Of a DNA stretch of 35,130 bases, positions 26,320 to 33,260 are shown piece after piece. The notes under the pieces are model-generated. The model worked only from the letters and a program-made list of their open reading frames with translations. It was not told the DNA's origin and did not search any database. How positions within the stretch are numbered: position 1 is the stretch's first letter; each line of letters starts with the position of its first letter. The position numbers were made by a program, and so were the translations under genes. This stretch comes from Gammaproteobacteria bacterium (GTDB taxonomy: Bacteria; Pseudomonadota; Gammaproteobacteria; JABABF01): assembly GCA_014238345.1 (NCBI GenBank), contig JABABF010000088.1, positions 1 through 35,130 of the forward strand, in the 5' to 3' direction.

Positions 26320-26357
26320 AAAAAAAAGGGCATCTCTCCTCAACGGAGTAGATGCCC
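26320..26357 (-). terminator. Rho-independent terminator downstream of pilin B
   Basis: The minus strand reads GGGCATCTACTCC-gttga-GGAGAGATGCCC, a 12-bp GC-rich stem with one bulge. It is followed immediately by TTTTTTTT and lies about 90 nt after the pilin B stop. Confidence 0.8.
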
Positions 26358-26448
26358 CACCTAATAGTGTGTCCGCGCCGCCGATATTCGGTGACGACAA
26401 TAGTAGATCGCTTCAGCAGATCAACTCTCTCTTATGCCAGCCAATCGT

Positions 26449-27117
26449 TCAGAACGAGTAGAGGGCATCCACAGCGCTGAGCGTGGCACTATCCCCTGGA
26501 GGGGCGTAGGTGGCAGCCTGATACTGTGCAGTGGCGAGGTAGTTGAGACCCCCCGACGTTGCCATAGTGTTTTGCTCAGCTGCATTCGAAGCAATCGCTG
26601 CCGCTCCCAAGTCTAATGCATTGACTAATGGAGCCACGGCATAGCTAGGAACGCTATCGTGACGAATCACGATGGAGCGAGTGTTGAATGAAAACAACAC
26701 CACATCACCACCCCATGGATTCGCGCTTGCGAACCCAGCGCTGGAGCCAGTAGAGCGCGTTGCACCTGCACCAGCGGCAGCGGTGAAGCCTTGCGCCGCT
26801 GTGGCGAGACGTGAGTCACCCAGTGCATCAGTGATGAGAGCCGTGGCTGTGTCTGACACCGGGCACGAAGATGTGCCACAGTTCAGAAGGCCAGAGCCTG
26901 CTGGGCCAACGGCGCCGCTGATGCGGGCGATGGCTGATACGAGATTGGCACTAAGTGCCGCTGCCGCAGTGACGGTCTGGGAGCGCTGTACCTGCCTAAA
27001 GGAGATAAGCGCACCCGCTACGATCAGGGCAATGATGACCACAACGACCGATAATTCGATCAGTGTGGCGCCCTGCTGTTGCTGTTGCCCGCGAAGGGCT
27101 TGCAGTTTTTGGTTCAT
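26449..27117 (-). CDS. Type IVb pilin B (222 aa, 16-aa leader); candidate major subunit
   Basis: GGAG lies 9 nt upstream of the ATG. The leader is MNQKLQALRGQQQQQG|ATLIELSVVVVIIALIVAGALISF. There is one Cys pair (NCGTSSCP). It is paralogous to pilin A through to the C-terminus (ANPWGGDVVLFSFNTRSIVIRHDSVP.. versus ANPWGEDIELLSYNLVSIVVRHHGVP..). A strong terminator follows. Confidence 0.85.
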   Translation of the reverse strand: MNQKLQALRGQQQQQGATLIELSVVVVIIALIVAGALISFRQVQRSQTVTAAAALSANLVSAIARISGAVGPAGSGLLNCGTSSCPVSDTATALITDALGDSRLATAAQGFTAAAGAGATRSTGSSAGFASANPWGGDVVLFSFNTRSIVIRHDSVPSYAVAPLVNALDLGAAAIASNAAEQNTMATSGGLNYLATAQYQAATYAPPGDSATLSAVDALYSF

Positions 27118-27467
27118 TTGGAGTTACTCCGTTTGTTATTTGGTTTGATTGTGTTGACTGCTAGAAGGTTCTGCCGTTGAGGCCACCTCACTACCAGAGA
27201 CACGGACACATCCCCACTCTAAGGCATCAGCGCAGGCTGTGTCAACCCCCCCTCTACACTGGTAACAGCAGGGTTATCGACCCCCGCTGAGCCGTGGTGC
27301 CGCCTAGTGATTGAGCCAAGATAGCACTGATTGCCTAGTGCCAAAAGACACTGGCGTGGTCACCGATTGATCGAGCAAGGATCGGACATGCCTTAGCAGG
27401 CACTCATCCCAAAGGCTCATTTCCGGATTAGGGAATGCTGGATTGCGCTTGGCGTGAAATGGGCAGA

Positions 27468-27608
27468 CTATACCTTAAGCCTTAAGCGATTAGGGCGCCG
27501 CCAGTAAAATCGGCTGAGTGCCGAGGCGAGTAGCAAGGCAATCGTCACCACCACGATGGAGAACTCAACCAGAGTTCCTCGTGGCTACTCTAGTGATTTA
27601 GTGCTCAC
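27468..27608 (-). pseudogene. Decayed pilin N-terminal remnant (in-frame TAG before the processing site, truncated after the alpha1-N helix)
   Basis: The minus strand reads GTG AGC ACT AAA TCA CTA GAG TAG CCA CGA GGA ACT CTG GTT GAG TTC TCC ATC GTG GTG GTG ACG ATT GCC TTG CTA CTC GCC..., that is (M)STKSLE*PRG-TLVEFSIVVVTIALLLASALSRFYWRRPNRLRLKV*. It resembles RG|ATLIELSVVVVIIAL of the flanking pilins but lacks one residue. It is interrupted by a stop and ends after 37 codons. A 7-bp duplication (ccttaag x2) lies at 27473-27486. Confidence 0.6.
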
Positions 27609-27653
27609 CAGATCAATCGGGCAACAAAATAACGGCTCAGTTGACGAACTAGT

Positions 27654-28346
27654 TTAACGGCTCAGGAGCAAGTATAAGCCGTCTACAAAGCTGAAATTTT
27701 CATCGGGAGCGCTGATCGGACTATCGGCGAACAACTCATAATCCGAGCCTGAGGCAATGACAAAATCAGCGTTGTCTCTCAATGCCTCTGCCCCAGCAAT
27801 GTCAGTCGCCACTTGCGCTGCCCCCGTATCCAGTACATTCGCAAATCCCTGTAATGCATGAGTTGGCACCCCGTGGTGGCGCACCACTATAGACACCAGA
27901 TTATAGGATAGCAACTCTATATCCTCGCCCCAAGGGTTGGCACCTCTAAAGAGTGCTGGCGAAGCCAATCCTACTATATCACCCTCACTGGCGATGCGAA
28001 AAACCACATCATCTAAAAGATCGGCAACGGTCATCTCAAAATCATGGGCGAATGTCCAAATACCACTATTTGGTAAGAACTCAACATATACGCCAGCACC
28101 CACCAGCCCAGCACTACCGACCAGACTCTGTACCGCTGCAATAATCCTCGTGTTCTGCTCTACTGCAGATGCAATGGTTCTGGCTCGCTGTGCTTGGAGA
28201 AAAGACACCAACGCCCCCGCTATAATCAAAGCGATAATCACCACCACCACTGACAGTTCAATCAGTGTGGCACCGCGCCGACGTTGCCAACGTTGCTTGC
28301 CTTGATTGAGATCAAGTGATCGTTTAGGGGAAGTATAGACTCTCAT
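27654..28346 (-). CDS. Type IVb pilin A (230 aa, 25-aa leader), cysteine-free
   Basis: GGAGG lies 7 nt upstream of ATG 28346. The leader is MRVYTSPKRSLDLNQGKQRWQRRRG|ATLIELSVVVVIIALIIAGALVSF. There is no Cys anywhere in the ORF. Confidence 0.85.
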   Translation of the reverse strand: MRVYTSPKRSLDLNQGKQRWQRRRGATLIELSVVVVIIALIIAGALVSFLQAQRARTIASAVEQNTRIIAAVQSLVGSAGLVGAGVYVEFLPNSGIWTFAHDFEMTVADLLDDVVFRIASEGDIVGLASPALFRGANPWGEDIELLSYNLVSIVVRHHGVPTHALQGFANVLDTGAAQVATDIAGAEALRDNADFVIASGSDYELFADSPISAPDENFSFVDGLYLLLSR

Positions 28347-28531
28347 TTGAATGCCTCCACGAGACCGCTAGACCGCGGACAGAGCCGAATGCTCAAGAGA
28401 ATAAGAATAGCACATGCGCCTCACCGACACAACCGCACTCGCACTGATTATTACTGCGCAAGTAGCCGTGCAATACTTGCCATTTGACAATGACCGCAAC
28501 AACGAGCGTATGTCACTCCCAAGATTATTCA

Positions 28532-29569
28532 TCACAATGACTGCAAGTTCTGGGTATTAGTGTAGACAGCGAAGATCATCATGCCATAGCCTAAGCCGAC
28601 TACGGCAAAAAGTATCGCTTGCACGGGTTTAACCGTCAGTCTCACACGGTCGAGTACCGCCTCACCACTCTTGCGCGAGACACGTTGCATGGCATCCATA
28701 AAACCGCGGTGTTGAGCCAATAACTTCAACAGTGACATCTCGCTTTTGCCAAGGAATCCAACATCAATCACATCGGCAAGTGTGCCGCCCTCCTGCAGAC
28801 GGTTCATCATCTTGCGCAAGTACAACCGCGCCAATGGCGGGGAACTGTCGTGCATCAGGCGCAATACACTGCGCATCTCCATGCCTGACAACAGCACTAA
28901 TGATATCGATTCAACGGTCTTGGCTGCCGTATTTTGCCGGTACATGGAAAAGATCGGCAGCTGGTCTATGAACTGTCGACCAGGTCCTGCATAGCGCGTT
29001 AGGAACATACCGAATAGCACGATGACCGTAGTAGATGTGACGAAGAAAATCAGCGTGTGATGGACAAAAAAATCGCCAATATGGTAGACAATGCGACCGG
29101 GCAGAGTCCATTCCTCAATCGGCTTGATATGCAGAATCAGCGGATAGAACCGTATCCGCATCTGGGTGTACATGGTCGCCACAAGCGCTAAAAAGAGCAC
29201 GGGTGGCAACAGCTTGCCCAGTATTTCGCCTAATACACCGACCTCACTCTCCATGATATCGGCAATGCGTAAGCCATTGTCAACAAAATTGGGGGTTTGT
29301 TCGCCAGCGGCCAACGACCCGACCACTACTGGGTCGAATAATCCCTGCATACCTCGCGCAACTGGCTGACCTGCACGCAATGCCTCGTACATGCGCTTGG
29401 CCACCATCTGATCCACCGGATTTCCGACAGCACGAATGTTGATCAGAGCATCGCGTAACGGCACTCCCTCTTTGAGCAGGGAAAAGAAAGAGCGCACATA
29501 GTCCGACTGTTGTTTACGCCCAAATTGCAAGCGCAATACACCATCGTTTAAATCCTCAAAGAATGACAT
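28532..29569 (-). CDS. Pilus assembly platform protein (GspF/PilC family; R64 PilR / BfpE-like)
   Basis: The 345-aa ORF has AGGTG 5 nt upstream of the ATG. It has two T2SS-F-like repeats (LLKEGVPLRDAL...LRAGQPVARGM...SLAAGEQT and LLSGMEMRSVL...LQEGGTLADVI...SLLKLLAQHRG), each followed by hydrophobic TM segments. Confidence 0.8.
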   Translation of the reverse strand: MSFFEDLNDGVLRLQFGRKQQSDYVRSFFSLLKEGVPLRDALINIRAVGNPVDQMVAKRMYEALRAGQPVARGMQGLFDPVVVGSLAAGEQTPNFVDNGLRIADIMESEVGVLGEILGKLLPPVLFLALVATMYTQMRIRFYPLILHIKPIEEWTLPGRIVYHIGDFFVHHTLIFFVTSTTVIVLFGMFLTRYAGPGRQFIDQLPIFSMYRQNTAAKTVESISLVLLSGMEMRSVLRLMHDSSPPLARLYLRKMMNRLQEGGTLADVIDVGFLGKSEMSLLKLLAQHRGFMDAMQRVSRKSGEAVLDRVRLTVKPVQAILFAVVGLGYGMMIFAVYTNTQNLQSL

Positions 29570-29656
29570 CTAGACACCTAATCCGAATCGCCTAGAGCAG
29601 CCGGCAATGGGCTGGAGAGCATGGCTACAGTCAACATTAAGCAACATCAAGCAACA

Positions 29657-31450
29657 TCAAGATGCCGCCTGCTGTTGGCTGTCGGTCGATCCATCTGCGC
29701 TTTGACCTGAAGACGCTTGCTCTTCTTCCTTCTCCCGAGCTATGGCGGCATCCAAGGCCTCTTGGCGCAATTTGTAATCAAATTGCACTTGGGTCGAGGA
29801 GTCGAGCAGACCAATGGCGCGCTCAGCTACCAGAGGGTCTACTGCTCCGCAGAGAATATGACTCATAACATGATGGACAATAGGGTCCCAACCGCGCTCC
29901 ATCAAGTACCCGCGCCAGCCCATCTGATCGCGCTGACGAATAAAAGCACGACCATCATCATCGACCATTACCACCTCGGCAGCTAAGCGCCGTCCCGAGA
30001 TACCAGACCCTTCACACTGACTGCAACCAGTCCCCAAGAAGTACACCTCATTCTCATGCCCTTCAAAAATCTTTTTGTAACGGTTGCGGGTGTAAATGTC
30101 CAGGCGATCAACATATTTGCTCATTGGCACACGGCAGTTCTCGCAGCTCTGCGGCAACAGGCGCTGATTAATCAAACAGACGAGGAAATTGGGGTCGTAG
30201 ATCATCGATGCCTCAACACCGAGATCCTCAAGACGGGAGGGAATCGACAACACATTGGAGGAGTGCAATGTGGTCACGCACAATTTACCTGAAGTCGCGA
30301 GATCCTTGATCGCTTCCGCCGTGCTACGATCCTTGACCTCACCCAGCATATTGATATTGGTATCCCACCGGTTTAGTGAAGCACGCAGGGTATCCCAGCC
30401 ACTCTCTGCGACATGCATGGCGATCGGAACATGAGTTACATTCGGCAACATGCGCTCCACGGGTTCCTCTAGGGAGACAATCTTGTATTGCGGATCCACT
30501 GTCTCCAACAGGGCAGTCAGCGATGTGCTCTTGCCTGAACCCGTAGGGCCAGACATTACAATCACACCATAGGGGCGAGCCATGGCCTCTTTCATCAGCG
30601 AAATCTGCAAGGGGGAATAGCCCGTATTTTCAATCTTGATGCCACCAGTATCAGGACGCCAAATGCGCAAAAAGATATCAATACCACGCACATCGGGTGC
30701 CGTGCTAAGACGGATCGGCACAACCAACGACCCCATGCGAAAGTCGAGCGAACCATGCAATGGTTTATCCAGCATAAACTGCAATGAGCCGCGTTTGGCC
30801 TCGGCATTGAACATGTAGTTCCCCAGCGCGACCAGCTCCTCGCGACCCACTGTATCAAACAACAAGAGGCGGCCATCAATGCGAAACTTGATATTGGTCA
30901 ACTTCTCGCGCATCTCCATATGGATGTCCGAGGCTCCGCGACTGAGGGCGGCCTCAACAATGGCATGGAACAGGCGCTGCACATCAGTAGTCGTGTTACT
31001 GATCTGCGCCATCTCCTGTGCAGCCACATCAGCCGCAGCCGCTGTCTCGTCCGTCAGCCGCTCGCGCAAGTAACGCACGACATTCTGAGTGGCCGGACGC
31101 ACCACTGGCTGATTGCCCATACTGGCCAACAAGTTCTTGGCTGTCTGCACGCTCGGATGCGAAGGCTTAGAGGTGACCAACGTGGCTTTGTCTGCTAATA
31201 AACAGAGGAAGTCGGGCTGCTCTACAGCCCATTTGTAAAGCTGCCCGTGAGCACTAGTGACCGGACGCTGGTCAGGCAAATCTTTACGTGCTAAGATCGC
31301 AGGAACGCCCAATAATTCGGCCTGCTCTACGATGTAATCGGCCTGGGTGGTGCCCTCCTCTTGCTGGCTAGAATCGACAATGACGGTAGTGTCATCATCG
31401 CCCCCACCGAATAGACGGGAAAGCAATCCGCTTTTTTCTTCTTCAGCCAT
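29657..31450 (-). CDS. Pilus assembly ATPase (GspE/PilB superfamily; R64 PilQ / BfpD-like)
   Basis: The 597-aa ORF has GGGAGA 6 nt upstream of the ATG. Motifs seen: GASDIHMEM...IKFRIDG, Walker A SGPTGSGKST, Asp box NMLGEVKDRSTAE, His box VTTLHSSN, and a tetracysteine CENC...CSQC. Confidence 0.92.
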   Translation of the reverse strand: MAEEEKSGLLSRLFGGGDDDTTVIVDSSQQEEGTTQADYIVEQAELLGVPAILARKDLPDQRPVTSAHGQLYKWAVEQPDFLCLLADKATLVTSKPSHPSVQTAKNLLASMGNQPVVRPATQNVVRYLRERLTDETAAAADVAAQEMAQISNTTTDVQRLFHAIVEAALSRGASDIHMEMREKLTNIKFRIDGRLLLFDTVGREELVALGNYMFNAEAKRGSLQFMLDKPLHGSLDFRMGSLVVPIRLSTAPDVRGIDIFLRIWRPDTGGIKIENTGYSPLQISLMKEAMARPYGVIVMSGPTGSGKSTSLTALLETVDPQYKIVSLEEPVERMLPNVTHVPIAMHVAESGWDTLRASLNRWDTNINMLGEVKDRSTAEAIKDLATSGKLCVTTLHSSNVLSIPSRLEDLGVEASMIYDPNFLVCLINQRLLPQSCENCRVPMSKYVDRLDIYTRNRYKKIFEGHENEVYFLGTGCSQCEGSGISGRRLAAEVVMVDDDGRAFIRQRDQMGWRGYLMERGWDPIVHHVMSHILCGAVDPLVAERAIGLLDSSTQVQFDYKLRQEALDAAIAREKEEEQASSGQSADGSTDSQQQAAS

Positions 31451-31487
31451 TGTGACTCTCCCTAAGATTACATGCCGCCGATTAAAC

Positions 31488-32312
31488 TTAGAATTTCAGC
31501 GCAAAAGTATCCTCGCCACGGAAAACCATCACTCCCACACCGCTATCATCCGCTGCTCCGATCTCAAAGCCAGCTATGCGATCGCCAGTTTTTATTTCGT
31601 AATATTCGCCACCAAAAGAGGCGACTAAGCGCACTGGCTGTTCGGGCAATACATCGCCGCCATCCATGTTGCTAGCCCAATGGATCTTCACCAAATCATC
31701 GACCAGAGCCAAGCCAGCGCGATCAGCATCTGAAATATCAGCATCGTCGCTACCGCTGTCAATCTGGGAACTCTGTTGGTCGCCCTGAATAAGTTGTTCA
31801 GGATTCAATGCCAAAGCGAGGTCACCGATGCCAACCTTGTAGAAATATAACAGGAGCTGTGGAGGCAAACTCGCTTTATCGCGTTGAGCCTTATCGACCA
31901 ATGCACTATAGACATCCAACAATTCGCCCATTTTCTGGAGCACCATAATGCGCTCATTGATCAGCCGATACTCCTGCACCAAGGTCTGAGATGCTTGGGC
32001 ATTGAGTAATTCAGTCGGCAGAGATATCTGGTATTTCTCCAGCATCCCCTGTAATTCTTGCAACTGTTGCAAGAGAGCGAGAGCCGCCCCCCCCTGCTCA
32101 GCTTCCCCAAAGGAGCCTGGCAAACTGTCGAAGCCCCCCACATCTTGCTGTTGGGCGTACGACGAAGGAGGTAATACCATTGCCACCGCCACCGCCATTG
32201 CCATCGCCATTGCCATGAACATGGATCTGGTGTACACCACAATACCAATACTGTTGCCGCTAATGCCTCGGCGCTCGCATGCGCATGGCTGTTGTTGACC
32301 GTGCATTGACAT
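31488..32312 (-). CDS. Pilus cluster first gene: signal-anchored periplasmic protein with a coiled-coil region and a PilP/GspC-HR-like C-terminal beta domain (putative)
   Basis: The ORF track extends to 32414, but the 5' part is AT-rich. AGGGAG (32320-32315) precedes ATG 32312 and ATG 32306. The hydrophobic segment is MFMAMAMAMAVAVAMVLPPSSYA. A Gln/Leu-rich helical region follows. The C-terminus VRLVASFGGEYYEIKTGDRIAGFEIGAADDSGVGVMVFRGEDTFALKF has the '...g..y.v..Gd.i.g..v..I....v.l' pattern of PilP/GspC HR domains. It lies immediately upstream of the ATPase, like pilP-pilQ in R64. Confidence 0.5.
   Translation of the reverse strand: MSMHGQQQPCACERRGISGNSIGIVVYTRSMFMAMAMAMAVAVAMVLPPSSYAQQQDVGGFDSLPGSFGEAEQGGAALALLQQLQELQGMLEKYQISLPTELLNAQASQTLVQEYRLINERIMVLQKMGELLDVYSALVDKAQRDKASLPPQLLLYFYKVGIGDLALALNPEQLIQGDQQSSQIDSGSDDADISDADRAGLALVDDLVKIHWASNMDGGDVLPEQPVRLVASFGGEYYEIKTGDRIAGFEIGAADDSGVGVMVFRGEDTFALKF
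32178..32216. repeat. In-frame hexanucleotide repeat (GCN-ATG/GTG x6.5) encoding (Ala-Met/Val)n in the signal-anchor segment
   Basis: Direct read of the plus strand: cat tgc cac cgc cac cgc cat tgc cat cgc cat tgc cat. On the minus strand this is M A M A M A M A V A V A M. Confidence 0.9.
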
Positions 32313-32463
32313 GGCTCCCTGACCCCCTGTAATCCATTGATTGCTGTTGATAATCATCATTCTTGGTTTATTGACGCTGATGCCAGTGTCACTTTGCCCT
32401 CTCAAATATGCCAAGATACCGCGGGGCTAAAACCGCCCCAGCACACCGATAAGACCCTCTCAT

Positions 32464-32490
32464 GTTATAGCTATCCCCATCTAAAGTCAA
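32464..32490 (-). promoter_or_regulatory. Candidate sigma70-type promoter for the pilus cluster (TTGACT-N15-TATAAC)
   Basis: On the minus strand, TTGACT is the reverse complement of 32485-32490 and TATAAC is the reverse complement of 32464-32469. It lies just downstream of the fabG stop and upstream of the first pilus gene. The 15-nt spacer is shorter than optimal. Confidence 0.3.
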
Positions 32491-32510
32491 GTGAACCAAC
32501 CTGTGGCACT

Positions 32511-33260
32511 TCAAAGATACAAGCCACCGTTAACATGGAGTGTGGCTCCTGTGATGTAGGCTCCGCCAGCGCCAGCCAAAAACGCAACCACCGCCGCCAC
32601 CTCCTCAGGTTTGCCCAGACGCCGGAGCGGGATGCGCTCGCGCAACGATGCCGCAGCTTGGGGCGGCATCGTGCGAGTCATGTCGGTATCGATATAACCC
32701 GGTGCCACCGAGTTAACCGTGATGCCCCGGGGGCCGAGCTCCAGCGCCACGGCACGGCTGAAACCTTCCAGACCCGCCTTGGATGCGGCGTAGTTGGACT
32801 GGCCAGGATTGCCCGCACTGCCCACCACTGAGCTGATGTTGATGATGCGACCGTAACGGCTGGTCAACATCTGCCGCGCTACCGCGCGACACATGCGATA
32901 GACGGCGCTGAGATTGGTCTCCAACACTTCCTGCCACGCTGCTTCGCCCAGACGTAGCAACAGTGTGTCTCGGGTGATGCCAGCATTGTTGACCAAGATG
33001 CTGGGATGGGCACCTGCACGCTGCCTGATATCAGCCAGCGCAACGGGCAATGCCTGCGCATCACAGGAATCAAGAACCAAGCCAAAGCCGTCACTACCCG
33101 CCAACAGCTGATCAATGGTGGCAGCTCCCTCAGCACTGCGCGAAGTACCTACCACCACAGCGCCATCCGCCGCCAATCGCTCGGCGACAGCACGACCAAT
33201 GCCGCGGCTAGCTCCTGTGACCAGCGCCAGCTGCCCAGCCAGCGGAGCGGTGGCACTCAC
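32511..33260 (-). CDS. fabG: 3-oxoacyl-[acyl-carrier-protein] reductase
   Basis: The 249-aa ORF has LVTGASRGIGRAVAERLAADGA, NNAGITRD, YAASKAGLEGFSRAVALELGPRGITVNSVAPGYIDTDMT and a C-terminal TLHVNGGLYL. It lies immediately after fabD with a 4-nt overlap. Confidence 0.93.
   Translation of the reverse strand: MSATAPLAGQLALVTGASRGIGRAVAERLAADGAVVVGTSRSAEGAATIDQLLAGSDGFGLVLDSCDAQALPVALADIRQRAGAHPSILVNNAGITRDTLLLRLGEAAWQEVLETNLSAVYRMCRAVARQMLTSRYGRIINISSVVGSAGNPGQSNYAASKAGLEGFSRAVALELGPRGITVNSVAPGYIDTDMTRTMPPQAAASLRERIPLRRLGKPEEVAAVVAFLAGAGGAYITGATLHVNGGLYL

Noticed and set aside
25493-27148. Long plus-strand ORFs antisense to the peptidase and pilin B genes (25493..25933, 25815..26165, 26672..27148). 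Many similar ones lie opposite guaA, guaB, the 968-aa gene, fabD and others.
   Set aside because: These are typical high-GC antisense open frames with low-complexity Ala/Arg/Pro/Ser composition. They have no RBS, and each overlaps a gene with strong homology or motif support on the other strand.
27135-27632. Possible inverted repeats (gttatttgg... at about 27135 and caacaaaataac at about 27621) flanking the inter-pilin gap, which might indicate an invertible promoter segment.
   Set aside because: Only about 7 contiguous complementary bases match. That is within chance expectation for a 500-bp AT-richer region, and no recombinase is nearby.
28469-28482. Sigma54-like element upstream of pilin A. 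The minus strand reads TGGCAAGTATTGCA, which resembles TGGCAC-N5-TTGCA.
   Set aside because: Only 8 nt separate the GG and GC dinucleotides, not the required 10. Sigma54 promoters do not tolerate this spacing. Similar near-misses occur upstream of pilin B (TGGCACTAGGCAATCA lacks the -12 GC) and upstream of the first pilus gene.
29634-29662. Approximate 10-bp tandem repeat (attaagcaac / atcaagcaac / atcaagatgc) spanning the ATPase stop codon.
   Set aside because: It is short and imperfect, and it sits in an 87-bp intergenic spacer with a normal RBS for the platform gene. No functional inference can be made.
32424-32442. GGGGC-N7-GCCCC hairpin downstream of fabG, considered as the fabG terminator.
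   Set aside because: The stem is only 5 bp with no T-run. It also lies downstream of the candidate pilus promoter, so its role is ambiguous.
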